Origin: an uncultured Lachnospiraceae bacterium | Lineage (GTDB): Bacteria > Bacillota > Clostridia > Lachnospirales > Lachnospiraceae | Assembly: GCA_950087855.1 (NCBI GenBank) | Contig: CATNAD010000005.1 | Location: forward strand, 7,816 to 71,815 | Direction: 5' to 3' | DNA length: 64,000 bases | Shown here: positions 8,873 to 17,760 of the stretch, piece after piece | How positions within the stretch are numbered: the first letter of the stretch is position 1 | Layout: each line of letters begins with the position of its first letter | Notes under the pieces: model-generated | Told to the model about the DNA's origin: nothing | The model's database searches: none | What the model saw: only the letters and a program-made list of their open reading frames with translations | Made by a program: the position numbers and the translations under genes

Positions 8873-11800
8873 ATGAAGAAAGCACAGCGGAAAGATTTTT
8901 TCATTGAGATCAAAAAAAGCCTGAATCGCTATCTTTCGATTTTATTTATCGTGGCTCTCGGGGTGGCGTTTTTTTCCGGTATCCGGGCGTCGGAGCCGGA
9001 CATGAGGCTCTCGGTGGATGCGGTGGCCGACGAGTCGGATTTCATGGACATCCGGGTGATCTCCACCATGGGGCTCACGGAGGAGGATGTGGAGTGCATC
9101 CGGTCGGTGGACGGGATCACGGCGGCGGAGGGAGAATATTCGGCGGACGTGCTCTGCGCTTATGAGGAGAAGGAGCTGGTGCTCCACATGACGTCCCTGA
9201 CGGAAGAGCTGAACCGGCTGACGGTGAAGGAGGGGAGGCTCCCGGAGAAGCCGGGGGAGTGTCTCATTGACGAGCAGCTTTTGCTCCAGGCCGACTATGG
9301 GCTGGGGGACGTGCTCACGGTCTCCTCCGGCACCTCGGATCCCCTTTCGGATACGCTGAAGCGGGATTCCTACACGGTGGTGGGGATCGGGACCAGCCCT
9401 TATTACCTGAATTTCAAGAAGGGAACCTCCAACATCGGGAACGGGGATATCCGGGGCTTCGTGGTGATTCCGAAAGAGGACTTTGCCCTGGAGGTCTACA
9501 CGCAGGTGTACGGGACGGCGGAGGGCTTAAAGGGGTTGATCACGGCCGGCGACGCCTACAAGGAGGAGGCGAAACGGCTTGTGGAGGCCGTGGAGGCCAT
9601 TGCCGGGGAGCGGTGTCAGGTCCGGCTGGCGGATGTCCGGTGGGAAGCGGAGGAGGAGCTCGCCGAAGCGGAGAAGGAGCTTTCCGAGAAGGAAGCGGAG
9701 GCGGAGGAAGAACTCCGGGACGCCTGGCAGAAGCTTTCCGACGGGGAACGGGAGCTTGCGGACGGAAGGCGGGAGATCGAGGAGAACGAGGAAAAGCTGG
9801 CCGAAGCCAGGGAAGAGCTGGAAGGCGGAGAACGGGAGCTGGAAGACGGAAGGCAGGAACTGGCCGATGGCGAGAGGGAGTTTGCGGACGGGAAGGCGAA
9901 GCTTGACTCCAGCGAGCAGGAGCTTGCGGCCGCAAAGGCGCTTCTTGCGGAAAAGCAGGGAGAGCTTGCCGAGGGGGAGAGGACTCTGGAGGCGGCCCGG
10001 GCGGAATATGAGGCGGGGAAGGCGCAGGCGGAGAGCGGCCGGGCGGAGCTTTCTCAGGCAAAGGAAGCTCTTTCGGCCTCCGGCGAGACTCTTGCGGCGG
10101 AAGAGCGGAGGCTCTCGGAGGGGAAAGCCCAGGCGGAGGCGGCCGGGGAGCAGCTTGCCGGGCAGGAGGCTTCCCTGGAGCAGATGCGGCTCGCCCTCCT
10201 GGCGGCGGGAGTGGACCCGGAGACGGATCCCCGGTATATCCGGGGCCGGGAGCTGCTTTCGGCGGCCAGGGCCGAGCTGGAGCAAAGTCTGGCGGCCCTT
10301 GCGGAGGGGGAGCAGAGGCTTCAGGCCGGCCGGGCGGAATACGAGGAGGCGGCCCGGCTTCTCTCGGAAAAGGAAGCGGAGCTTTCCGAGGCGGAGGAGG
10401 CGCTTTCCGGTGCCGAGGCGGAGCTTCTTGCCGGGGAGGCGGCTCTCTCGGAGGGCCGGGAGGGACTGGCCCGGCTGGAGCAGGGCATCGCCGACGGGGA
10501 AGGGGCCCTTCGCTCCGGAAGGGAGGAGCTTACGGCGGCCGAGGGGAAGCTTGCGGATACCAGGAGAGAGCTTTCCTCCGGGGAAGAGGAGCTGGAGAGC
10601 GGCCGGGCAGAGCTTGCCGACGGGGAGGAAGCCCTTGCGGAGGCGAGGGAAAAGCTTGCCGACGGGGAACAGGAGCTTGCGGACGCCAGGGAGGAATATG
10701 AGGAGGCGAAGGCCGAGGCGGAGGAGAAGCTTGCGGACGCCAGGAGGGAGCTTGCGGACGCCAGAGCGGAGCTTGACGACCTGGAGGAGCCGGAGTGGTA
10801 CGTCCTTGACCGGGAATCGGTCCCCTCTTATGTGGAATTTGACAGTGACGCCGACCGGATCGGGGCCATCGGAAAGGTGTTTCCCGTGGTATTTTTCCTG
10901 GTGGCGGCCCTGGTGAGCCTGACGACCATGACCAGGATGGTGGAAGAGAAGCGGACAGAGATCGGGACCATGAAGGCCCTCGGCTACGGTACTCTCTCCA
11001 TCGCCTCCAAATATGTGTTTTATGCCCTCTCCGCCACCCTGGCGGGAAGTGTACTTGGATTTCTGGTGGGGGAGAAGGCCCTTCCCTGGGTCATCATCAC
11101 CACCTATAAGATCCTTTATGGCAATCTGAACATCATCCGGATCCCCTACAACTGGGGATACGCCCTGGGGGCGGCAGGGATCGCCCTGCTCTGCACGGTG
11201 GGGGCCACGCTGATGGCCTGTTATAAGGAAACGCTGTCCCAGCCGTCCGAGCTCATGCGGCCGGCGGCGCCCCTGAAGGGGAAGAAGATTTTGTTGGAGC
11301 GGATCCGGCCTGTGTGGAAGCACCTGAATTTCAGCCAGAAATCCACCCTTCGGAATCTCTTCCGCTATAAGAAGCGTCTGCTGATGACCGTGTTCGGGAT
11401 CGGGGCCTGCATGGCCCTCCTGATCGTAGGCTTTGGCCTGAGGGATTCCATCTACGCCGTGTCCGACGTCCAGTACGGAGAGCTATGGCGGTATGATGCC
11501 ACGGCAGGGATCGACTCGGAGAGCAGCCGGGAAGAGCGGGAGGAGTTAAAGGCGGCCCTGGGGAGCGACGAGAACCTGGACGAGTATCTGACTGCTTATA
11601 CGGAGACCATGGACGGCCGGTCGGGAGAGGTCACCAAGGAGGTCAACGTGGTGGTGCCGGAGGACATGGAGCGGTTTCCGGATTTTTTCCTGCTCCGGGA
11701 CCGGAATTCGAAGGAGCCCTATGTGCTGGACGATACGGGGGCGGTGGTCAGCGAGAAGCTGGCGAAGATGCTCGGCGTCAAAGAGGGAGACCGTCTGACA

Positions 11801-12469
11801 TTAAAGGGGGACGACACGGAGGAAGTGTCCGTGCCGGTGTCCCGCATTTCGGAAAATTACGTGTATCATTATGTCTATCTGTCGCCGGTTCTTTACCGAG
11901 AGCTTTTCGGGCAGGAGCCGGAATACAACACGGAGTATTTAAGACTTAAGGAAAGGGGCGCGGACAGGGAGCGGGAGCTGGCGGAACGGCTGTTAAAGTA
12001 CGAGGCGGTTGCGGGGATCTCCCTGGTCTCCGACATGAACCAGACGATCCTGGACATGCTTGGCAGCCTGGACACGGTGGTCTGGGTGCTGATCATTTCG
12101 GCCGGACTTCTGGCCTTCGTGGTGCTTTATAACCTCAACAACATCAACATCACGGAACGGCGGCGGGAGCTTGCCACCATCCGTCTGCTTGGCTTTTACG
12201 ATATGGAGCTTGCCATGTATGTTTACCGGGAGAATATTCTTCTGACCGGGATCGGCATTGTGGCCGGCGTTTTTCTGGGCAACATCCTCCATCAGTTTGT
12301 GATCCGGACGGCGGAGGTGGACCTGATCATGTTCGGCCGGGTGGCGCATCCGGTAAGCTACCTGTGGGGCGCCGGGCTGACGGTCCTCTTTGCGGTGCTG
12401 GTGAACGGGGCCATGTTCTATCAGCTTAAGAAGATCAACATGGTGGAGTCCCTGAAAAGTGTGGAGTAG
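8873..12469 (+). CDS. FtsX/MacB-family ABC transporter permease with a giant coiled-coil extracytoplasmic insert
   Basis: 1198 aa. An N-terminal TM helix (LSILFIVALGVAFFSGI) is followed by the insert, then two FtsX-like 3-4 TM blocks (around residues 660-790 and 1070-1198). Confidence 0.85.
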   Translation: MKKAQRKDFFIEIKKSLNRYLSILFIVALGVAFFSGIRASEPDMRLSVDAVADESDFMDIRVISTMGLTEEDVECIRSVDGITAAEGEYSADVLCAYEEKELVLHMTSLTEELNRLTVKEGRLPEKPGECLIDEQLLLQADYGLGDVLTVSSGTSDPLSDTLKRDSYTVVGIGTSPYYLNFKKGTSNIGNGDIRGFVVIPKEDFALEVYTQVYGTAEGLKGLITAGDAYKEEAKRLVEAVEAIAGERCQVRLADVRWEAEEELAEAEKELSEKEAEAEEELRDAWQKLSDGERELADGRREIEENEEKLAEAREELEGGERELEDGRQELADGEREFADGKAKLDSSEQELAAAKALLAEKQGELAEGERTLEAARAEYEAGKAQAESGRAELSQAKEALSASGETLAAEERRLSEGKAQAEAAGEQLAGQEASLEQMRLALLAAGVDPETDPRYIRGRELLSAARAELEQSLAALAEGEQRLQAGRAEYEEAARLLSEKEAELSEAEEALSGAEAELLAGEAALSEGREGLARLEQGIADGEGALRSGREELTAAEGKLADTRRELSSGEEELESGRAELADGEEALAEAREKLADGEQELADAREEYEEAKAEAEEKLADARRELADARAELDDLEEPEWYVLDRESVPSYVEFDSDADRIGAIGKVFPVVFFLVAALVSLTTMTRMVEEKRTEIGTMKALGYGTLSIASKYVFYALSATLAGSVLGFLVGEKALPWVIITTYKILYGNLNIIRIPYNWGYALGAAGIALLCTVGATLMACYKETLSQPSELMRPAAPLKGKKILLERIRPVWKHLNFSQKSTLRNLFRYKKRLLMTVFGIGACMALLIVGFGLRDSIYAVSDVQYGELWRYDATAGIDSESSREEREELKAALGSDENLDEYLTAYTETMDGRSGEVTKEVNVVVPEDMERFPDFFLLRDRNSKEPYVLDDTGAVVSEKLAKMLGVKEGDRLTLKGDDTEEVSVPVSRISENYVYHYVYLSPVLYRELFGQEPEYNTEYLRLKERGADRERELAERLLKYEAVAGISLVSDMNQTILDMLGSLDTVVWVLIISAGLLAFVVLYNLNNINITERRRELATIRLLGFYDMELAMYVYRENILLTGIGIVAGVFLGNILHQFVIRTAEVDLIMFGRVAHPVSYLWGAGLTVLFAVLVNGAMFYQLKKINMVESLKSVE
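9620..10810 (+). repeat. Coding low-complexity/coiled-coil repeat region inside the permease gene
   Basis: Reiterated Ala/Glu/Leu/Gly/Arg-rich units (ELADGEREL, LAEGERTL, LSEGREGL, ELADGEEAL, ELADARAEL). The GAG/GCG/GGC-rich DNA creates long spurious ORFs in other frames. Confidence 0.8.
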
Positions 12470-12471
12470 AG

Positions 12472-13443
12472 TCAGCGGATCAGCCGTTTGGCGAGAATCA
12501 CCAGCTTTTCGGAAAAGGGGAACAGGAGCAGGGCGGTCCCCAGGTTGAAGACGGTGTGGAAGACGGAGATCCGGGTGGCGGAGACGGGGGCTTCGGCCAG
12601 GGCCGGGTCCATTTGAAAGAGCAGGAACATGAGCACGCCGAAGCAGGCGGTCCCGGCCACGTTAAAAAGAAGGTGGATCAGGGCCGCCTGCCTCGCCGTC
12701 CTGCCTGTGCCTGCGGCGGCAAGGAGGGCCGTCACGCAGGTGCCGATGTTCTGGCCCAGGGTGAGGTAGACGGCACAGTCCGTGGCCACGGCGCCGTTCA
12801 TGGCCAGGGTCTGGAGGATACCCACGGAGGCGGAGGAGCTCTGGATGAGGGCGGTGACGGTCATACCGGTCAAAATGGCGAAGAGGGGCGTTTTTCCAAG
12901 CACAACGAAAAGCTTCGTAAAGATGGGGGAATCCCGGTAGGGGAGGACGGCCCCGGATAGGAATCCAAGTCCTACAAAAAGAAGGCCAAAGCCCACGAGA
13001 ACGTTTCCAGCGACCCGGAGTCGTTCTCTTTTTGTGAGAAGAAGGAGAAAGGCGCCGATACCGAGAAGTACCGGCGCAAAAAATTCTGGCTTAAGGGCCT
13101 CGCCCCATTCGCTCATGGAGACCATCCAGGCTGTCACGGTGGTGCCGATATTGGCGCCCATGATGAGGCCCACGGACTGGGAGAGGGACAAAAGCCCGGC
13201 GTTCACGAAGCCCACCACCATGACCGTGGCGGCAGAGCTGCTCTGGATCAGGGCGGTGAGGAGGGTTCCGAAGAGGATTCCGGAAAGGCGGTTTCCGGCT
13301 ACGAGGGCGAGGGTTTGTTTCATTCGACGGCCGGCCGTCTGTGCCAGGCTGTCCGACATGACCTTCATTCCGTAGAGGAACATTCCGAGGCCGCCGATAA
13401 ATTCGAAGAGCTGTCTGATCTGGTCCAATGTCATGGTTTCCAT
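12472..13443 (-). CDS. Na/Pi cotransporter family protein (short form, no PhoU-like tail visible)
   Basis: [33 protein letters not shown]...QSSSAATV...QSSSASVGI matches the duplicated Na/Pi-cotransporter repeat. The start is moved to the internal Met (13443), because the upstream 69 codons are Pro/Arg-rich and non-protein-like. Confidence 0.75.
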   Translation of the reverse strand: METMTLDQIRQLFEFIGGLGMFLYGMKVMSDSLAQTAGRRMKQTLALVAGNRLSGILFGTLLTALIQSSSAATVMVVGFVNAGLLSLSQSVGLIMGANIGTTVTAWMVSMSEWGEALKPEFFAPVLLGIGAFLLLLTKRERLRVAGNVLVGFGLLFVGLGFLSGAVLPYRDSPIFTKLFVVLGKTPLFAILTGMTVTALIQSSSASVGILQTLAMNGAVATDCAVYLTLGQNIGTCVTALLAAAGTGRTARQAALIHLLFNVAGTACFGVLMFLLFQMDPALAEAPVSATRISVFHTVFNLGTALLLFPFSEKLVILAKRLIR

Positions 13444-13740
13444 GTCCGAAGAGGCGTCTTTGTACACTGTATGTGGGGCGGCCGGCCGGGTATGACTGAA
13501 AGGGCGTCCTTCCTGCGGCCGGCCGGGACCGGATGGCGGAGCTTTTTGGGGATTCCGGGGAATTTTATGGGAAAATCTTTTGGAAATTCGGGAAAATACT
13601 TGCATTCGCCCATTGGACGTGTTAAACTTATAAGGCTGAAAAATTGTCACGCAGATGGACTTTTACGGACGGTGCCGGGTGTTCCGGTCTCCGGGAAGAC
13701 GGAAATCTGCGGAAGTTCAAACCAAATGGAGGAAAGAGAC

Positions 13741-14481
13741 ATGAGCGTTATTTCAATGAAACAGCTGTTAGAAGCAGGCGTGCACTTCGGACACCAGACG
13801 AGAAGATGGAACCCTAAGATGGCCCCTTATATCTATACCGAGAGAAACGGTATTTATATCATCGACCTTCAGAAGTCCGTGGGCATGGTGGACGACGCTT
13901 ACAAGGCGGTGGCGGACATTGTCGCCGACGGCGGCACCATCCTTTTCGTGGGAACCAAGAAGCAGGCCCAGGATGCCATCCAGGCGGAGGCTGAGCGCTG
14001 CGGCATGTATTATGTCAATCAGAGATGGCTGGGCGGCATGCTCACCAACTTCAAGACCATCCAGAGCAGGGTCCAGAGGCTCCGCACCATTGAGAAGATG
14101 GCGGAGGACGGCACCTTCGACGTGCTGCCCAAGAAGGAAGTCATCGCCCTCAAGAAAGAGTGGGAGAAGCTGGAGAAGAACCTGGGCGGCATCAAGGATA
14201 TGAAGAGACTGCCCGATGCGATCTTTATCGTAGATCCCAAGAAGGAGAGGATTTGTGTCCAGGAGGCTCACGCACTGGGCATCACTCTGATCGGCATCGC
14301 AGATACCAACTGCGACCCGGAAGAGCTGGATTACGTGATCCCCGGCAACGACGATGCGATCCGTGCCGTGAAGCTGATCGTCTCCAAGATGGCGGACGCC
14401 GTCATCGAGGCAAAGCAGGGCGAGGAAGTGACAGAAGGCGCAGCAGAGGACGGGGAAGCCGAGGAAGCGGCAGAGGCGTAA
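13741..14481 (+). CDS. rpsB: 30S ribosomal protein S2
   Basis: [46 protein letters not shown] is a canonical S2 N-terminus. The ORF-track start at 13315 is an artefactual extension. Confidence 0.95.
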   Translation: MSVISMKQLLEAGVHFGHQTRRWNPKMAPYIYTERNGIYIIDLQKSVGMVDDAYKAVADIVADGGTILFVGTKKQAQDAIQAEAERCGMYYVNQRWLGGMLTNFKTIQSRVQRLRTIEKMAEDGTFDVLPKKEVIALKKEWEKLEKNLGGIKDMKRLPDAIFIVDPKKERICVQEAHALGITLIGIADTNCDPEELDYVIPGNDDAIRAVKLIVSKMADAVIEAKQGEEVTEGAAEDGEAEEAAEA

Positions 14482-14615
14482 TCTGCGGAGAGGCTTTGCG
14501 GCGAAAGAAGCTGCAACAGGCTTGCAATAAACAGGCATTGGCCTGAGCAGCGCAGGTACATTGGCCTGCGGCAGCGGAGTAAGGTTCTTTAATCATAGAA
14601 AGGATTAGATAGATT

Positions 14616-15551
14616 ATGGCAGCGATTACAGCAGCAATGGTAAAAGAGTTGAGAGAGATGACCGGGGCCGGCATGATGGACTGCAAGAAGGCGCTTGCGG
14701 CTACGGACGGGGATATGGATGCGGCGGTGGAGCATCTGAGGAAGAACGGACAGGCCAAGGCCGAAAAGAAGGCCAGCAGGATTGCGGCGGAGGGTATTGT
14801 CAAGACCGTGATCGACGGCAGCAGGGCCGCTATCGTGGAGGTCAATTCCGAGACGGATTTCGTGGCAAAGAATGCGGACTTCCAGGCATACGTGGCGGAG
14901 GTTGCGGCCCAGGCCGTGGCTTCTGACGCAGCGGACGTGGACGCTCTTCTGGAGGAGGCTTGGCAGGCCGATTCTTCTAAGACTGTGAAGGAAGTTCTGG
15001 TGGAGAAGGTTGCCGTCATCGGCGAGAACCTGAAAATCAGACGTTTCGAGAAGGTCGTGGAGGAGAACGGCTGCGTGGTGGATTACATCCACATGGGCGG
15101 CAAGATCGGCGTTCTGGTGGACATTGAGAGCGACGTGGTCAACGATGCCGTCAAGGAGATGGGCAAGAACCTGGCCATGCAGATCGCAGCCCTTCGCCCT
15201 AAGTACACCGACAGAAGCGAGATCAGCGAGGAATACATCGCCCATGAGAAGGAGATTCTCATGGCCCAGATCCAGAACGATCCCAAGGAGTCCCAGAAGC
15301 CTGCCAAGGTGATCGAGGGCATGGTGAACGGCCGCATCAACAAAGAGCTCAAGGAGATCTGCCTGGTGGACCAGGTATACGTGAAGGCCGAGGACGGCAA
15401 GCAGACCGTCGGCAAGTATGTGGAAGAGGTCGCCAAGGCAAACGGCACCAAGATCACGGTCAAGGGCTTCGTCCGCTATGAGACCGGCGAGGGCCTGGAG
15501 AAAAAGAGCGAGAACTTTGCCGAGGAAGTGGCAAAGCAGATGGGAATGTAA
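14616..15551 (+). CDS. tsf: Translation elongation factor Ts
   Basis: MAAITAAMVKELREMTGAGMMDCKKAL is a canonical EF-Ts UBA-like N-terminus. The gene directly follows rpsB. Confidence 0.95.
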   Translation: MAAITAAMVKELREMTGAGMMDCKKALAATDGDMDAAVEHLRKNGQAKAEKKASRIAAEGIVKTVIDGSRAAIVEVNSETDFVAKNADFQAYVAEVAAQAVASDAADVDALLEEAWQADSSKTVKEVLVEKVAVIGENLKIRRFEKVVEENGCVVDYIHMGGKIGVLVDIESDVVNDAVKEMGKNLAMQIAALRPKYTDRSEISEEYIAHEKEILMAQIQNDPKESQKPAKVIEGMVNGRINKELKEICLVDQVYVKAEDGKQTVGKYVEEVAKANGTKITVKGFVRYETGEGLEKKSENFAEEVAKQMGM

Positions 15552-15572
15552 CACCAATTTCATAAAAGTAAG

Positions 15573-15609
15573 AAAAACGCTGGAAACCCGCATGTTTCCA
15601 GCGTTTTTT
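15573..15609 (+). terminator. Rho-independent terminator of rpsB-tsf
   Basis: 15-bp perfect stem AAAAACGCTGGAAAC (15573-15587) / GTTTCCAGCGTTTTT (15594-15608) with a 6-nt loop, running into a T tract. Confidence 0.85.
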
Positions 15610-15660
15610 GCGTTTTGGGCTGTTATTTTCAGACGAATGAAATTGGGGATTTTTACGGGG

Positions 15661-15709
15661 AAATTGGTAAAAAGCTGGTACGAAAATTGGTAAAAACGGT
15701 TTACCAACT
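15661..15709. repeat. Left-end cluster of AATTGGTAAAA motifs (candidate recombinase arm-type sites / element end)
   Basis: AAATTGGTAAAA (15661-15672), AAAATTGGTAAAAACGGTTT (15683-15702) and an inverted copy within GGTTTACCAACT (around 15698-15709). Confidence 0.5.
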
Positions 15710-15846
15710 TTCGGGTGCGAAGTTTGCAGGTTTTTTATACAGAGATTTATACAGGGGAGGGATACCTTCCCTTTTATTAATGAAGGCGAAATGGAAAAGC
15801 CGTTTTAGAGTATACAGTAAACCTAACAAAGAAAAGGAGAACAGTA

Positions 15847-16025
15847 TGGAATTGATTGAAATGAGTGTTGTAATGGGGAAGAATAGGATGATTCAGCTTC
15901 CGGAGGAAGAGGTGAGGGTCATGGGATTAAAAGAGGGCGATGAATTGTGCCTGTCATATGTGACAGATCGGGAAGGTGGGAAAGAGAATCAGGTGCGGGA
16001 ATTTCTTGTGGAGAATAGAATATAA
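15847..16025 (+). CDS. AbrB/MazE/SpoVT-family small DNA-binding protein
   Basis: 59 aa. VVMGKNRMIQLPEEEVRVMGLKEGDELCLSYV fits the swapped-hairpin AbrB-type pattern. AAGGAGA RBS, and its own terminator lies downstream. Confidence 0.5.
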
Positions 16026-16065
16026 TTCCTGACCACGAGTACCTGTTATGTGATATGGATGACGA

Positions 16066-16108
16066 CCAGAAGTGATTCCTATGACGGGAGCAACACTTCT
16101 GGTTTTTT
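16066..16108 (+). terminator. Rho-independent terminator
   Basis: Stem CCAGAAGTG (16066-16074) / CACTTCTGG (16094-16102) followed by TTTTTT. Confidence 0.7.
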
Positions 16109-16150
16109 ATTGTCTTAAAGAGGATAAAGGAGGGAACCAGCAGAGAAGAA

Positions 16151-17530
16151 ATGAGTGGAAAAAATAGAATTATAGTAGAAAAGGATGAAATGCAGGCATC
16201 CTTGCCCATGAGTGATGCCTGGATGATGCGTTTAAAAAAGCCGAGCTATTGTGACATATTTCTGCCCCTGTATTCTGCCCGGTGCCTGACGGTTGAAGCC
16301 GGAGGGCTGGAGCTGAGGGAGAAACTTCCGCCGGGCGTATGGGTTCAGGAGATGAATCTGTTGGCTTTTATCCTCCAAAAGTTTGATACGCAGCAAATGG
16401 AACAGTTTCAAAAGATGGTTTTGCCAGTTACCAGAACGTATCCGGGTGAACTGATAAACTATGCGCTGGCCATCTGTCCGGAAGCGGCAGGATTTGAAAG
16501 GGGCGACCATTTTCATCCTCAGTATACAGGGGAAAACCTGTTTGATCTTATGGAATATAAGCGTTTTCAGGACTGGAGGCAGGAGCATGCCTCTTTTCAG
16601 ATCGCCAAGTTCTATTTTCCAGTAGAGGTGTCCTGGAAGCCAGAGCATAGTTTCAGTGCTATTGAATTAACCCCTGCAGAGGCAGTCGCCTATCAGCCGC
16701 AAATATCAGAAATGATCGCCAGATGTATCCGACCGGAGAGCTGCTGGTCTGATTGGGAAGGATACGACAGACTTTTTGAACTGACGCCTTATAAAGGACA
16801 TGGGCTCTTGTATGAACGCCCGGATGTGGAGATCCGGAATGGGGAACTGTGGGGCGTGGTCGTTGCCGGAGTAAGCAGGAAGCTTACGGAAATCGATAAA
16901 GACGTCTTAAAAGATCATTTTGATGGAGGCATATGGGAGGGGTGGGGGGAACATTCCCTGGCGGTTCAGGTTCCGGGAGGGAGTCTGCAATTGTTCTTAT
17001 CTGACTGTACTAAGGTTTTCCAACAGGCAGAGGGGGAACTGGTATTGACAGAACGGGAGATGTTCTGCTGCCAGGCGCCCCATCTCAAATCCCGTTTATC
17101 GTATATGGACGGATGGGAACCGGATTTTCGAGGGGAAAGGGAGTATGGGAAGGAGCATGCGATCTGGCTGGAGCTTTTAAAAGACCGGAGACGGGTGAGG
17201 ATTCCGCTTCCGGCAGAGGACAGCAGAATCTTGGAAGAGATCAGAAGGAGCAGCGTAAATCCAGGGGAGTTTTTGCGTATCAGGATAAAAACAAGAGATA
17301 GGCTTTCCCTTTATAATGGCAGGGTTTCTGAATCTGACATTCCGGTATTGAACCAGATAGGGGAACGGATTCAGGGAATGCACGGGGATAGGAAAAAGAA
17401 ATTTTATGAAATCCTTCTGGATAAAAAATGGGGCAGCAGAAACCGGGTGCAGGGTCTTTGGGAGATATTGGAAGCTTTTTCCGGAAATGGGGAAGGAGCA
17501 TATGAAGCAGAATCAATGGGGATGAGATAA
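16151..17530 (+). CDS. Hypothetical ICE protein (distantly resembles the 20944-22104 product; possibly ArdA-like N-terminal region)
   Basis: 459-aa ORF with an AAAGGAGGGA RBS. No catalytic motif recognised. EMNLLAFILQKF...QMEQF and GELINYAL parallel DLDALNYLAKRL...EREQF and GLINLTFNL in the later ORF. Confidence 0.55.
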   Translation: MSGKNRIIVEKDEMQASLPMSDAWMMRLKKPSYCDIFLPLYSARCLTVEAGGLELREKLPPGVWVQEMNLLAFILQKFDTQQMEQFQKMVLPVTRTYPGELINYALAICPEAAGFERGDHFHPQYTGENLFDLMEYKRFQDWRQEHASFQIAKFYFPVEVSWKPEHSFSAIELTPAEAVAYQPQISEMIARCIRPESCWSDWEGYDRLFELTPYKGHGLLYERPDVEIRNGELWGVVVAGVSRKLTEIDKDVLKDHFDGGIWEGWGEHSLAVQVPGGSLQLFLSDCTKVFQQAEGELVLTEREMFCCQAPHLKSRLSYMDGWEPDFRGEREYGKEHAIWLELLKDRRRVRIPLPAEDSRILEEIRRSSVNPGEFLRIRIKTRDRLSLYNGRVSESDIPVLNQIGERIQGMHGDRKKKFYEILLDKKWGSRNRVQGLWEILEAFSGNGEGAYEAESMGMR

Positions 17531-17727
17531 AATAGTAATGAAAATATGTAGAAGAAGTATTAGACATTCGATAATTAGAAATCGGAGGGGGGAAGAGGCA
17601 GGAGATAGGTTTTTGAATAGCGGTAATTCTGGTAGCTGCTGTTAACTGATTATGAAACAGATTTGAGGATGAATTATTGAGAAATATAAATTGTTTGTGG
17701 AAATTAGAAGATTTTGTAGTGGAAATA

Positions 17728-17736
17728 TGATATAAT
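17728..17736 (+). promoter_or_regulatory. Candidate extended -10 promoter for the HEPN-STAND gene
   Basis: TGATATAAT lies 25 nt upstream of the ATG at 17761, in an AT-rich spacer. No good -35 element. Confidence 0.35.
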
Positions 17737-17760
17737 GTTTTTAGAAAGGATGCGAATAAG

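Noticed and set aside
9620-10810. Possibility that the regularly repeating DNA here, or at 23.2-23.5 kb, is a CRISPR array.
   Set aside because: The repeats are imperfect, in-frame and coding, without unique spacers of fixed length. No cas genes are in the window.
9527-11323. Very long alternative-frame ORFs across the permease coiled-coil region (598 aa on the minus strand; also 9579-10916 +, 9540-10061 - and 9613-9906 +).
   Set aside because: Their products are Arg/Pro/Gly/Leu-rich low-complexity strings generated by the GAG/GCG/GGC-rich repeat DNA. The frame encoding the FtsX permease is continuous with clear TM domains on both sides.
12472-13650. Full 392-aa version of the Na/Pi cotransporter ORF.
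   Set aside because: The first 69 codons are Pro/Arg/Ser-rich and non-membrane-like. The conserved N-terminus begins at the internal Met (13443).
13768-15707. Long minus-strand ORFs (13768-14538, 14402-15019, 14589-15707) antisense to rpsB and tsf.
   Set aside because: They are antisense shadows of two unmistakable housekeeping genes, with low-complexity His/Leu/Ala-rich products and no RBS.
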